A stretch of DNA of 64,000 bases. Source: Patellaria atrata CBS 101060. Its lineage: Eukaryota. The position numbers were made by a program, and so were the translations under genes. How positions within the stretch are numbered: position 1 is the first letter of the stretch; every line of letters begins with the position of its first letter. The stretch spans positions 682,001-746,000 of the forward strand of contig MU006095.1 of the NCBI GenBank assembly GCA_010093705.1, written 5' to 3'. Positions 12,876-26,648 of the stretch are shown here, one piece after another. Under the pieces are notes generated by a model. The model saw nothing but the letters and a program-made list of their open reading frames with translations. It was not told the DNA's origin and searched no databases.

Positions 12876-14676
12876 ATGAGAAACAGTAATGACCTTCTAC
12901 CCTTAAGATTATCTGAAGCCTATGGAAATGAGGTAGCGATTGAATCAATGGATGGGAACGATCTACGATTTACGTTGTAGTGTGCGTGGGAATTCCAAAG
13001 CCTTGTAGTGATTGCATCTACGAGACGAAAATTGGAATCTTATCGTCCTCAGGAAGCTACGTCTTTATAGTCTCGAGATGGACGTAAAGTACTGTCAAGG
13101 CAATGAGATCTGGAACGCATTGTCGAAATCTGTTGTTGGGGGCTAAAAAGGGAAAAGGGGCCAAAGGAATAGTGGTTGATGTATGCTCGTCGGTGAGTGG
13201 ACCCTCAAAAGCCAACCCCCATTATATAGCTTGAACTTCTTGCTGATTAGCCATCTTCAAGAAGACTCGTTCAAAAGGAGAAATTGATCGTGTCTATTTC
13301 ATCCTTAGATCTGCATCCCATAACTATCCTTATGCATAATATCGGAACCGTCCATACTGAGGGTTGATATATATACGGATCGGTCCGCCTACAGTATGGT
13401 ATGTAGTGCGACTTCTACTATCCAAATCCTCCGTTATAATGTTGATTTATAGAGCATTAGTGCAATACAGATATTATATGTGGACGAAATTCGATGTCCC
13501 TCAATACATGGGGTCGAGTAAAGAAGGTCTGGAAAGGGTACAACTCCATGCTATGATTGAAGGGCTAGATTTTAGCTATGGAGGTCCCTTCCTATTGTAG
13601 CAGAAGGTTCGAACATGACAAGTGAGACTGCGAGAAATTCCTCTTCTAAAGGCAGGCCAACCGTGTTTATTGCTTTCATTCAACCTCTTCCAACATCTGT
13701 TCTGGCTAATACACGAGATGGTTTGCTTGAAGACATCAGCTGGAGCTCGTGTTGAAAAGTCCCACCTGACGCATCAGTTTCCATGACTGCTAAAAGTGTC
13801 CCGACGGCTGAGTAGATTCAAAGTTTCTTGAACTGAGGGAGAGTAATCATTTTGTCCATTGTCGTACGATAGAAGATGATGAATCCTCCAGTGAGACAGA
13901 CTGATTGATATCAAGAGACTTTAGACCAGCGTTCGAGTCTGATGTGTTATTCGTTTGCTAGGAGCATGTGCGCATAGGTCTTTTCTAGGACGATTCTGGT
14001 TTTTTTCTCCATTTCACATGGAAACGACTAGGTATAGTATATTGGACTTATTCTAGCACTAGAGATTTTGGATCAACTTTGTTGTAACATTCATGGGTCC
14101 ATAATGAGCGATACCGAACAACAGAGCAGTTTCCGGTTGTGAGGCTGTTTTTTGTTCCATCACTAAGTTAGCAAACCGCCTAGCAGAATAATCATTCTGG
14201 TTGGTTATGCCGGTCTGGAAATGCATCAAAACTGACCTCCGGATATATGCAAGATAAGGGCCTTCTTCGAGGCATAGCAGGACCACGCATTGGACCACAA
14301 CCCACGCTGAGATTTCGCCACCATTGTTGGAGTGAGGCTGTATCAATAGCTTCTGACCTTTTTAACTCGGACAAATCGGATCCTGTTGGTGACAGAATAG
14401 TATTGGTGAGAGATCGGTTCACTATACTGTCTTCAACTCAAAAGGCTGAATGGCTGCAGCCCAGCCTTGCGCAGGTAGAAAAATAAGAAGACAGCTAGGC
14501 ACAGACTAAAGATTGTAGTCTCTGAATCAAAACCTCTTTTCCAGCTCATGCGCTCTTTACAAACCTGCTGTCCTTCCTAGTATATCGGTATCACGCCCCA
14601 TATATTGCGAATAGTTCTTGTCATAGCCCTAAAAGTCATTTTTCGGAATACTTTAGCTCTAAAATGCAGCCCTACT

Positions 14677-15515
14677 ATGTCGTGGTCACCAGCAAGCATA
14701 ACTCTCGTATTCATCCTACTACTACAGATAACTTCCATTCGGGGTGAATATGTGTCCTTAGCGAGTGACAGAGATCTGATAGAATAGCGAAATTGTGTGG
14801 CTATCTGCATGGTTGGTAGTGCAGTACAGGGCCACATAGACCTCACGGGAGCTATCAGATGCCCGAATGCAGATTCGTGTCTCTGTCAACCATATTTGCG
14901 GCCAGCTGCATCGTCATATCTTGAAAGCTGAATACGAACAGAGTACACAACTTGTAGCGACGACTACGCGTATGCATCTGCAGCGTCCATATACGACCGA
15001 TATTGCACGTTCACAGAACCATATACATTTACAGCGGACATAACACCAACGGCGGCCCTAACGATCCCATAACGGTTACCCGCACCCATTTCTCAAGCGG
15101 CCCGACAGTTACGGTTGTGACATCCTCCTCCTCTCAGACTATGCCTCTAAGCTCAAGTGAGTGGTCCCTAGTGGCTGCGGCGAGTCTCCTTATTTTCGCA
15201 ACAAAGATCGCCTTCTGATCTGATGGTACCTGGACAGTTGGAAGGACCACGGCGTATCCGTCACACATTATCACTTCTTTTTCAGATTCTTTCCGACCTA
15301 CATCAGTTATCAACGAGAAATCAGTGACCTCAATCTCGTCAGGAACCGAACTATTACCAACAGCAAAAGACTCTGGAAAGGGACGGGAACGTGGGAATAA
15401 GATTGAGCTCTGTGTAGGATTCGTTGTGCCTACATTCTGTCTTGTTGCAGGTGGGATAGGTGGATGGCGGTATAGGAGTCGGAAGAAGAAGCCTAATAGT
15501 TCTGGTATAGCATAA
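14677..15515 (+). pseudogene. Cys-rich extracellular domain, Ser/Thr stalk and single TM cell-surface protein, disrupted
   Basis: Signal peptide MSWSPASITLVFILLLQITSIRG, then LIE*RNCVAICMVG...RCPNADSCLCQPYLRPAASSYLES*I...CSDDYAYASAASIYDRYC with in-frame stops at 14785 and 14929. Then a Thr/Ser stalk and GNKIELCVGFVVPTFCLVAGGIGGW-RYRSRKKK (TM plus basic stop-transfer). Confidence 0.65.
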
Positions 15516-18410
15516 AAACCTCATCTTTATCAATGTATACGATTCTATAAGTGATATTGGTTCCCCTTACCCTGTAATGGAGCTTCGAAGTAGCTCTCAA
15601 TATAGTTTGGAAATCCTCCGCATAGCCCGACGAGGAAGACCATAATAGAGAAGAGAAGGAGATTTTTCAGAGGAGCCCTAGTTCTATGCGTACGTAGAAC
15701 TCGAAGCCATCGATGGGTAATCTTCGTAATAAACTATAGATCGCAGGGTCGAGTCCAACTGTTGACGATCGGAAGGAACGACGCACGGGCCAAGGAGCTA
15801 TTCAGCATCTGATATCCGTCCCACCCTCAACTCCAGGGCTCTTATTAGTAATAACCTCCGCTCTCAGCAATACTATATCACGTAGGCGTGATGTCCTCTT
15901 CATCGTTATTTCACAGCAAATTGCGCTGCGCATGCTTATCTTCCAACTGATCCAAACACGGACGATTTCTAGTAGGTCAGGGTACAGAGTAGTCAGGGCG
16001 TCCTTGGGAGATATCCTTCAATGGAACTTTCAGTCAGTAGGGGGTCATAACACCTACGTTATGTCTGAGTTCGCATATTGACTGAATATGACAGTACTCC
16101 CTCATGTCTAGCCACTGGAAATCGCTTGCGTACGGCATCATGTTAAAAGCGGTAAGCGCTCGGGCTGCAGGGACACCCATTGACCAAAACCCTGAAATTT
16201 AGTTCTTGAGATGGAAGCTATCTACACTATTTTGCCGTTATCGCTATACCGTCTTTCGGTCAACTCTTCAGTATACAATCTACAACCCATACGGCCTGCC
16301 ATGACCAGATGTCCCAAGTTTGATGCTCCGACGAGTAAGACTGCAGATGACAATGTTCGAAACGACGCGTGTCCGAAAAGAGGACGAAATTCGGTAGAGA
16401 TCATGGAGATATCTGTTTACTCAGTAGGAAAAAGAAAGAATTAAATCATATTGTAAGAGTGGTCTGGCCACTGTGAAGAATAAATATAAAAAATAGATAT
16501 TGAATTGTAGAAATGTGGCTAACGAAGTGGTATGACGTCGTCCCTCACATTGGCTGTAATGCTCATAGTATATGGTCGATTTCAGGTCTGAATATCGTCG
16601 AATAGAATGAAATTGAGTATATTCTAAGTCTCTGTCTTGTTTCTCTATTATGCATGCTATGTCTCTCAACTCTGCATATGTCTCGCTCATTTTTCCATCG
16701 GTCCTATTCTTTTTCCAATTCATCCACCAAACTTGTAAGATTGTAGTTACCATGCAGCGTTTCCCCGATCGCGGACGAACCCCTGATCGGTGTGTTATCC
16801 TTTCTTTTTCAGGGAGTTATGCTTATATAGGCTGGAAGACACTTGCAGGTTTAATACCACTTCGATCAGCTTTAGCAGAAGCATAGTCTACAAGACCTCA
16901 TCTCTCATTGTAATTCACGTCTGCTTTCTTACTACGGTCTGATTTTTAAAGTCCATATTCTCTCCGATTAATGCATTATCACTTAACAGAAACGCACCAC
17001 GAGCAATAAAATCATGTGGTATTCGAAGAGGACCGGTTTGTTTATTGTCTAAGATTGATTCTCAATTCCTGAAGCAGCGCCACTCCATAGTGTATATTGG
17101 ATGCAACGGACAGTGTCTACTTTAGTTACGCCGGGAAGCATCGTGGTCGAAATGAGTCGCAGTTGTGGTCTCATAAATCAGCAAATCCAGATCATTCATC
17201 ACGTAGTCAGGCTCGAGGCTCTTTGCTGCGACGGTGCAAATTAGGAGATCTACAGGCGATCGGAGAAAAACCTGGCAATTAGTAGAAAAGTTCTAGGCCA
17301 AACTTTTCAAAAATCCAAAGCCATGAAAATGATGAAAGATTTACATTGCTTGTTTTCGACCTCTCCACTTTTGTTCGGGATTAATTTTCGGCTAATTAGC
17401 CATGCTCTATGTGGAACCCTATAACTTCTAATAAGCTCGGGACACCGTCTAGAACTCTAACTCCAACTTTATATTAATCGCACGTCAACTGTTGCTTGTT
17501 CCTGAGCTTCGCATTCTTGGTCGCATATCCAAACTTCGATAATTCCGTGCTACAGCATCGAGATTTGCTGGCCTAAACCTGGGAGATGTAATAGAAGCTT
17601 TGCTCCCCGCTGCGGACGCGCAATCCCAAATTCCGGATCAATTCGACGGGGAGCAACGGTCTAACCCCTGGGGAAAACGTGCTCTCACGCTCACACTATC
17701 CACCGCCTTGTTGAAAATTTCTTCAATATAACTACTTTCTCAGCTGTATTCACAGATCGATATCTGCTCACACGGCGGAAGTGCATACACAGTATGCCCC
17801 GTGTCGGTTCAGCGTCCGCCTTTATTCTATTCGTGGAGCAAGCATAAAAAGGTGAACCAATAAATTGCTCTGACCAGACCAGGTTTTATGCTCACCATGT
17901 GTCTTTGCTTTCCCCGCAATTTGCTAAAGCGGCTACCAGGTCTTTCAGGGGTTAGTCACTCACCTACTGCGCGCATTGCATGTTCTTTGTATGTAGATCA
18001 CGTCAGACGGGGTGGATATGATGCTTGGTAGTCAATTCATTTGTTTTGAAACTGTCGTCGATTGGTTTTTATATTCACACATCGATTCATGGGGTTACTC
18101 TGTCTCCGTTTACCTCCTCGTCTTGGATTTAGGTTTTGATTTGCTTTTGGGATGACGAATATTCCTAGGATAAAGATGAAAGGCCAATATACTCAAGTTG
18201 TCAAGCAGCGGAGACACGGGAACAGAGAAGTTTCTGACAGCGATGTGTAAAAACAGGAAACTGGGCGCTTCACGATAAATGCTAGTCTTCGATCAGAGTA
18301 TAAATAGGGACGCAGTACTTCGGCATACTCACCGGTGTACTCAGAGATATACTTTCCGAAGACCTGATTGAACTGCCTTTAGTCAATCACCTCCAATCAC
18401 TACCGCAATT

Positions 18411-18976
18411 ATGGTTGCTGCTTCTACATTTCTCACTCTTTTGATTTCTACGTATGTACTAACCAATTTTCTATGAACCTTTTAGGAATTGATACTCGGT
18501 TACGAAGAGCATTCGGGCTAACGTACTCTAGGCTGGCTGTTGCCGTTCCCGTTGCGGAACCTGAGCCTCAGCGCCCAACTGTGCGACCAACTATTACTGG
18601 AGGTCTCCCACCCTTCCCAACATTCTCTCTACCAACTGGCGTACCGAGTTTCTCTTTCCCAATGGGCACTGGAATGTCAACACGCTCAAGCAGGCCTACG
18701 TCCAGACCTACTGTCACCAGGTCCACGAAATCTGTTCGACCAACTCCAACTCTAACCGTGACAAGGTCAACCAGGTCCGTCAGACCCACCGTGACGAGAT
18801 CCACGAGGTCTCTCAGACCAACTGTTACCCGATCAACCCGTTCTATCGGATTTCCTACATTCACCCGCACACGTTCAGTGCGCCCCACCCCTACATTCTC
18901 ATGGCCTTTCCCTGACCCAGAAGATGAGGATGAGGATGATGAGGATGATGAGGATGAGGATGAAGATGATGAGTAA
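18411..18976 (+). CDS. Secreted repetitive Arg/Thr/Pro-rich protein with acidic tail
   Basis: Exon 18411-18451, intron 18452-18531 (GTATGT..GCTAAC..TAG), giving MVAASTFLTLLISTLAVAVPVAEPEPQ. RPTVTRST(R/K)S(V/L) repeats and a terminal poly-D/E tract. TATAAA at ~18299. Confidence 0.75.
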
Positions 18977-21900
18977 TTCCTAATTAGGAAGCTGATTACT
19001 ATGCATGATTGGTATTGGTAGAGCCTCTTGATAGGTCGTGCTTGTATTCCCTTCGTTTAGACAAACTCTAGTCGCTCATTAATAGCTTTTTAACAGCAAA
19101 GAATACGATACTTACAAGATAAAGTTCTAAAACCCTAGTCTCATTCTATTACACCTTGCTCTGCTCCTCACTGAGTACTATGAGCGTTAATTCAGCATTA
19201 CACGCGAGTCGCCCGCTTTTAACCACTGAGGCCCCACGGTATGGGCTCATGTTCTTCGTCTATCCCTTTCTGGATGTTCAAAGTAGATGTAAGACATCAT
19301 AGTATCTACTAAGGTCACCCTCTGGTAATCCAGGTATATGTTGTTGTGAGAACTGTCATCTCTTTCATAACTACACAATACCTAGAAAACTTTTCGCTGG
19401 AGGTCCCCTTATTAATTTTCCAATCATCGATGCTAAAGCTAATTTATTCAAATGGGATTGATTCAAGGGGGACACCCCACATTCCCGCAATCATGGAAAA
19501 CTTCAAGCTACTAATTTACAGTACCTGCACTCCGTGATGAGGACTGAGTAAAGGAGCGTCAACCCTTTGCCCAAATGATTGGCGATGTGAGAGGTTTAGG
19601 TAATCCCTCAGATAGAGCTTCAACAGGGGTGGATAATCATCAAGATAACGACGAGATGGTCTTTATACCAACGTGTTGTTAAATTTATCTTCCTTATAGG
19701 TGTACAGTACTGTAAATTTCAGTCCCAAAGAGATGTAGGAACAAAAATATAAACCTTTCATACAGGAATTCCAACAATGTAATTGATCCAAAGACAACAC
19801 AGTGCTCTGATTCGTGTATACCGAAGAGCGAATAGGGTAGTTGGGATTAGGAGAACACCTATCTATAGCTCTATCGCTGTTCATACTCAGGTACTAATTC
19901 CAATCGCTTGGCCTGTTACACCAAGGGTCCCGGATATCGTATCGAAGACGCTCACTACTTGAGTCCCTGATCAGCCGGAACAAGGTATGGCCTTCAAACT
20001 TATACTCAACGTATGTGAAGGAGATCTTCTTACTGCAGTGATCTGCATGTCTAAGCTCATAAAATTAGGGGACCCTACTCTTACGTCCTATGCAATACAG
20101 TATTCGCTATCCCTTACTCAAGTACTTTACTTAGTCGAAGCTAGTTGGAATCATAGGTAACAGCATTCTTAGACGAGAGAGGGGAGTGAGTCTCTCATGG
20201 ACTTCAACACGGTATACTAATACCGTAAGAACACAACCAATCGAGCTGTGTCTAGACATAATGCATTCCAGTAGCACCTTGCGCCCTCGCTGCGACTTGA
20301 GTGCGTTGCTCACCACAAGGGTCGTCAGACTGATAGACTAGTAAAGCTATTCGATTACCATTCAGGCCAAGGGCTATTATAGTTTTCTAAGCATCACATG
20401 TTTATTTCGTTGCGAAGAACAGATCGCGTTCTACTGATTTAGTCATCTCGAACCGTTACAATCCCATATGCTTCTTTCATTCGACTGACTCAGCCAACAA
20501 CCTGTTGGTTCTGCACTGTTCCATAGTCTGTTGTTGCAAGACATTGATATTGTTCAGCTCATAATGAAAGGAAGTGAAGTTTTGTACCGGAGCCTAGTAG
20601 TTCTGTAGTGAGGAAATCGGACTCACAAAGGTGCAGTTTTGTCAAAAGGGGAAAGCCAATTCCAAGGCAATTAGTGCATAGTGTTGTCAGTTCGGACTAG
20701 ACCGAATTTGGCAGTTGAATTGGGCTTATACAGGGGTCAACGGGCGTAGCCACCTCGGCTTTTATAGCGGAGAATCTTATCTTGACCAACAGATTACTTC
20801 CGAAGGATAAGCGCATGCTGGAAGAAAGGTGAAAAGTGTCATGTCTTTTCTTGCGAGACAAGCTTCAAGCCCGACATTTCTTTGCCAGATGGAATTATGC
20901 AGGAGAAAACGATGAAAACCGGAAAGGATCAAAAGAGTAGACCCTCAAAGGCTGATCATGCACGCCACCGCCTAATATGCAAGCCATATTGCCCTGGCTG
21001 CGTACTGACAGATGTAGTACGGAGCATTATGGGCGTTCGGTTACCTGAAAGATATGGAGATACTTCTCAAGAAAAGACCTTCCGGTACGAAACATTTTCA
21101 TGTTAGAAGGTCCACGGAGATACCTTCCTCTACAGAGACGGCCTTACACCTAAAGAAATAAGTGATACAAAGGAAAAAGAGCTATAGAGTTTGTTGATAA
21201 GGTCACATACAGAGTCAAGTTTTCGGGAGGTGCGTTTTACACAACATAACTGGTCTCTGTGTAATATTATTAGTACTTCAACCCCAAAGCAAATCAGCGG
21301 CGCATTATTCCAAGCATGAACCCAGCAGTCTAGTTATACTGTATGTGGGCGGTAAATCTCGCACATCTCGTCAATCCTTAACGGTCTGAGAAGGTGCCTA
21401 GGGCTGTCATACCTTGGCGAAAGTTACAAGCTCCCAGGGGCCAAGATGAGGGATCGATGTAGTCCAGTCAACATCCAGTCAACGTCTAGTCAACGTCCCA
21501 GTCAAAGCAGCCAACCTTCAGCAAACCTCAAAGAATCCCAGCTAAAATCCAGCCGAACCCCCGTGACCCCACAGATCGCATCCTAGACATTCCCTGTTCC
21601 TATCCGTCTTCGCCGCTCCTATATCTCCGCTAAGATAAGCTCGAGGTGACATGCAGCTGTCTGTGTTGTTCGAAGTACCAAACGGGTATGCCCGCTTCAT
21701 GCATACTTTTACTAGTGGGGTAGTATCTGCTGTGTATTCCACTATCATCCATTGCCCGTTGCTTATCTCTAATATAACCATCATGCTGACTTCCATAGAC
21801 ACCTTCTCTTCTGGCTTAGAACTCAACAAAATAAGACTGAGCCTATACCAACCTCCACTTCGCCGTGGCTGTTCCCTCATGACCTTTGTTGTGGCTACAG

Positions 21901-22214
21901 ACAAGCGTCCTTCGGCTTATCGCTGAATATGGCAGTTCGTTCGCGGGAGACATGGCCAGAAGATGTAGAAGTTGTAGCAGATGCTGTTTGCGTCCTGTTC
22001 TCCGTAGGTCAAATTGATTACCGGCGCTCCACTCCCTCCTCCCCTGTTATACTTGGAAAGAATATATAAACCATCATGGACCTCACGTTTTGTTTGCACT
22101 CTTCAGCCTTCCAAGCCAGCTCATTGTCAAGATTTCAATTCTGCTTTCCAGCCAATAGGAGATTCAGTCCCGTCGTTATTTTGAGATCAATCTTGAATAT
22201 CTCAACCATTCAAT

Positions 22215-23113
22215 ATGCGCGCCTTTATCTCTGGTCTGGTCCTTGCGACCCTTGCCTCCGCAGCTCCCCACACCGCACCCCGTGATGTCAGCAAATTCGG
22301 TTGTGCTACGGAGCCAACTAAGGAGTTTCTTGCAGTTGCGGCGAAGATGCACCAAGCCGAGGTGTCAGGCAAAATGAGCTCCATTCAAGCCACCATCAAC
22401 GTCCCAACATACTTTCACGTTGTTGCCGCCAGTACAAGCGTTGCTGATGGTTACATCTCTGTATGTGTCCCTATATTCCGCTTTACTTAGAACGCACAAC
22501 TGACCTCTACCGTTAGGATGCGACACTCCAGCAGCAGCTAGCTGTCATGAACAGCAACTATGCCCCATATGGCATTGCGTTCCAGCTTGCCGGTACCGAC
22601 AGAACCATCAACTCTCAATGGGCCAACGACAATAACGAGATGGCCATGAAGAGGGCTCTCCGCAAGGGAACCTACAGCAGTCTCAACGTCTACTTCCAGA
22701 AGAGCTTGGGCGGTAATCTCGGATACTGCTACTTCCCTACCAATGCCTCCCCAGGCTCCACCGCCTACATTCAGGACGGCTGCACCGTGCTTGCTGCTTC
22801 CGTCCCAGGTGGCAGCGCTACCAACTACAACCAGGGCAAGACCGCCACCCATGAAATCGGCCATTGGTTCGGTCTCCTCCACACCTTCCAGGGGGGCTGC
22901 AGCGGCTCCGGCGATTCGGTCGCCGATACTCCTGCCCAGTCCTCCCCCACCTCCGGCTGCCCCGAGGGTCGTGACTCTTGCCCCAATAATGCGGGTCTTG
23001 ACCCCATCCATAACTACATGGACTACTCCTATGATTCTTGCTACAGGGAGTTCACCCCCGGCCAGCAGACTCGTGCCTACAACATGTACAACCAATACCG
23101 TGCTGGCAAATAG
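22215..23113 (+). CDS. Secreted M43 (pappalysin-family) zinc metalloprotease
   Basis: Signal peptide, FGC cysteine-switch propeptide, HEIGHWFGLLHTF zinc motif, HNYMDYS Met-turn and FTPGQ. One intron at ~22461-22516. Strong C-ending codon bias. Confidence 0.95.
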
Positions 23114-23820
23114 GCGATCGATTGAGAGGCGTTTGGGTGGGATTTGTAGGAGCGTTGCATGTGTGGGCGTTGCATATGGGGTGTTATGCATGGTGTGTGG
23201 GAGAGTTGCATATGTGGTGTTCTGTATGGTAGATAAGCGTGTTGCATATGCAATGTTCGGAACATGGTTGAAGTCTCGATTAAAGGAAGAAACTTTTCCG
23301 TAATATGATGCCTCTGAAAAGAATTATTTGCGTTCCCTTCTAAACTCTTCGAACCGTCGCATGATATCCGGGGATACCCGGAAGTGACCTACCACTGTTC
23401 ATACGACTTAACGACTACGTTCCGAAAGGTAACTTATATCTCATCCTGGGGAACTTCCATCACGTTCTCAGTGGATATGCGAACACGCTCTTTAGGTATT
23501 TGTCAATAAGAAAGGTATATTTGTGTGTTTTCTGTCATCGTATTTATTCCTTATTGTATGTTACTTGAACTCTTTCTAACTACACTATAGCGTCCGGGAA
23601 AGGACAGAATATGACAATACCCGTAGTCGTCAAAATAACTTATCCATATTGTTTTAGGCGTTAAACATGTACACCTATCCTCCAAAAGCACCCTGAGAAG
23701 TGTATAGGAGAGTGAACTATGTACAGAAGCTTCTAACTGTATGTAAAACTTGACCGTGCCGATGGTGCCAGTCGTGTAATACTGTCACGGGTTAGACCCG
23801 ATAGGTATAAGTGCCTTGGA

Positions 23821-24014
23821 TGATCCAGCGGCTTAGCTATGCTATACTTAAATAGAACAACTTACGTTGTTCTGGCACTTTCTCTTACATTCTTTCCTTA
23901 AGTTTAAGCTCCATGCATGATCCAGTAGCTTAGTCATGTTTTACTTTAATAGAACAGCTCACGCTGTTCTGATACTCTCTTTTACTTTCTTTCCTTAAGT
24001 TTAAGCTTCATGTA
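23821..24014. repeat. Two diverged 97-bp tandem copies, each with a perfect 8-bp hairpin
   Basis: Copy 1 is 23821-23917 and copy 2 is 23918-24014 (both begin TGATCCAG and contain TTCTTTCCTTAAGTTTAAGCT). Hairpins lie at 23854-23873 and 23951-23970. Confidence 0.9.
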
Positions 24015-25489
24015 CATACAGCAATATACCTTTCAGCTCTCATCTGAGGTTGAGCCTTGACATTTACTACGCTTTTTACGGCCTGTTAGTAGTATGATAA
24101 AAAAAAAGAGATACAAGATTACCATCCATAACGAGATGGGAGATTGTAATTCAGATACATAGTGTTTGTATTGAGTGAAATACTTGTAGAGGTATGGTAG
24201 ATGTCAATTATATGTACATTCATTGGGTTTACGCATTGACCTACGTAGGAAGTCTGGAAGCTGGAGGGTGCACTTGGTTCGTAACATTTTCCAGTCGGAA
24301 TACCTTTTCAGGGCAGTGCCATGATGTTAATCTTGTGTAGCAGAACAGTATACGTTGAGGTGTGAAGGCTCCCATGTTCGAGTCGGACTTCTAAGTTAGT
24401 CATTTTGATAATCTAGCTATCATTTTCTTGCTGTTTTACATTCAGTAACCTTGATACGAACGGTCTTCAATAATATATGTGGTAGTCTGTGCCTGATCGG
24501 AGGTGCTCTTAGTCCCCTACTGTCCGCACCTAGTATGGAGGCCGATGGTGAAGTGATTGAGGTTGTATAGGTTATCAATCCGTACAGCCGCTGATGGTCA
24601 TCATCAAGCGGTATTGCCTTTCAGCATCGCATCGATTCGCTAATTCCCCTATTGTTTTGTTTTGCCTGTGGAAACATATTACTGTTGTTGAAGTGTGCCG
24701 ATGACGAAGAACGCGTGTACGAATGTCCATACCTTCACGGTATGGAGGCATCGAAATTATACTCGCGTAAACGCGTTGCGTACGGATATCTAAACCTAGG
24801 AAGTTTAAAATGGTTTTTTCTAAAAGTATCAATTCTGCACTAACTCCTTCAAAAAATATTAATCTTCAACAATGGTTGGACTATGACGTAAGTACAAGGT
24901 GTTCGCCCTTCTCAGCAACGCAACCTACTTAAACCACCATCGTGAGTATAAGCCCGTTAACGAGGGCGAAGAGTGCCGCTTAATTTATGGATGCAAGGCT
25001 TGATAAGCTACATAGACGAGGTCACCCCAAGATTGTAGTGGAGAAATAAGCTGCAGCCAAGCAAGCTAATAGGAGAGCGAAGATGAAAGGTGATAAGCAT
25101 AAATCGATCATCGCCGTTCATTCCCAGTATCAAGTAGCATACAAATCGGGATACAACAGGTTGGGAGTTGAACTGATTTGTCTGGTTCATTGAGTGTTGA
25201 GTTTCGAACTTTGAACAGAAGAACTTGCTTCTCATTTATGGGTAAAAGAGTATCTAACGCCGTTGTCTGAAGGGTTCAGGAGGCCTGAGAAGTCAATGAA
25301 ATTACAAGGGGTCTTTGTAGAAGCAGAGTCGATACCATTCGTGGGTGCAGTGAAGACACGCAGTGAGATAGCAAGAAACAGTATATTCATTTCTCAAAAA
25401 GACTAGCCGCATTTGAAACGAGGGTATAGTTTCAATTCTCTCTAATCCTGAGCAGGTATCCACCAAGTTAACTACTTCTTACCAGACTA

Positions 25490-26648
25490 TTACATGTTCA
25501 TGCCAGGAAGATGAGGGAGCCCTGTAGCGCGAGCCGTTAGCTTAGAACTTCTTTAAAAGTGATGCAGGATGACTTACATCCTTCAATGTCCTCATTGACG
25601 AATGATTTGACAGAGCATGCATTCATTTGGGCCACGCTCTGGGACCTGAGAGGCCTGTTGTTTTCACAGTTCTGGAACATGCATCCGGAGTCCATAGCCT
25701 GCTGGAGGGTATTGTCTTTCCAGCCGAAGACGTAATCCGCGTGGGTACCGTAGCCTTTGTTATCGCCATAGCTTAGGACGAAAGGATTCGGTTGACCTGA
25801 TTGCCACATAGAGTTGAACTGGGTCGTATCATAAAGGGTCTCGTACGCTAGCTGTGGCATGCGAACGGGATGCGAGGCTGGGCATGGACCGGCATTCAGG
25901 AAAGCCTCCTTCTGTGTGTTATACATATGAGATTGGTGATCCGGGCTATCAACATTCTTTCCGTCCCAGCATCTGTCCATAGTCAGCGATTGGCTACACT
26001 ACTAAAGGAAGCATCACTAACGAGGGGAAGTGGTGAACAGTCATGATGCCACCCCTGCAGGGCGATGTAGGGAAGTCTGGAAGCTCAGGGAATCTAGTTC
26101 CCTTATCCTGCAAGCAAACGAAACGAAGGCCTACGTGCTTCTTCGCGGCGTCTAATGAATCGGTTGTCGGGCTGCCAACCGTCATACGGAAGCCCTAAAG
26201 CTATTAGTGTCTTGTGATCGTACGATGAACTTCGCTGACTTACTTTCGGGAAGGCTGTAATCTTTTGGTTACCGTTGGAATTGAAATCTTGTTGTGTATA
26301 GTAGATAGTCATTCCACCTTTGATACCGTTAGGTAACGCAGTATTCTGCATGATCGGTACACGCTTATATGAGCCGTTTGTGGGATGCTTGAAGTACAAT
26401 GCGGCAGTCCAGTAGTTGGAAAAGTCATCCGCGAAGGTGCATGTTGTACATGAACCTTTTGCACCGATGTCGCCATCCATTGTTGGTGCAAAGACATTGC
26501 CACCGACAATTTGATGAACATGTGCGGAAGGAGAATTGCCAGGCTCAACGAGAGGATCAAGACGCTGGATACTGACACTAGAACATCCGAAACGAAGGGC
26601 AGCCTGAGAAGGCGCCGCAAGAGCGAGAGCGAGAGAAAGCCACTTCAT
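25490..26648 (-). CDS. Secreted DUF1996-domain protein (4 exons)
   Basis: Signal peptide, LRFGCSSVSIQRLDPLVEPG...HVHQIVGGN, DFSNYWTA, HHFP-CWDGKNVDSPDHQSH, CPASHPVRMPQ and HADYVFGW. Last exon WLPHLPGMNM* ends at 25490. Confidence 0.92.

Noticed and set aside
13364..14486. Scattered ORFs upstream of the HET relic
   Set aside because: Possibly decayed coding sequence, but no motif or consistent splice model could be built.
21472..21505. CCAGTCAACRT-like 11-mer repeated three to four times
   Set aside because: A short minisatellite without spacers. It is not CRISPR-like and has no evident function.
19300..21900. Short ORFs considered as a transposon relic
   Set aside because: No terminal repeats, target-site duplication or transposase/RT motifs were seen.
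23150..23255. Imperfect GTTGCATATG repeats after the M43 stop
   Set aside because: Low-complexity 3' UTR repeats; the ORFs over them are not credible.
22538..23303. Long antisense and alternative-frame ORFs over the M43 gene (similar ones over DUR3, CNT, XDH and NOC2)
   Set aside because: Shadow ORFs expected from strong codon bias.
24200..24843. Protein-like minus-strand fragments
   Set aside because: Multiple stops in all frames and no assignable family.
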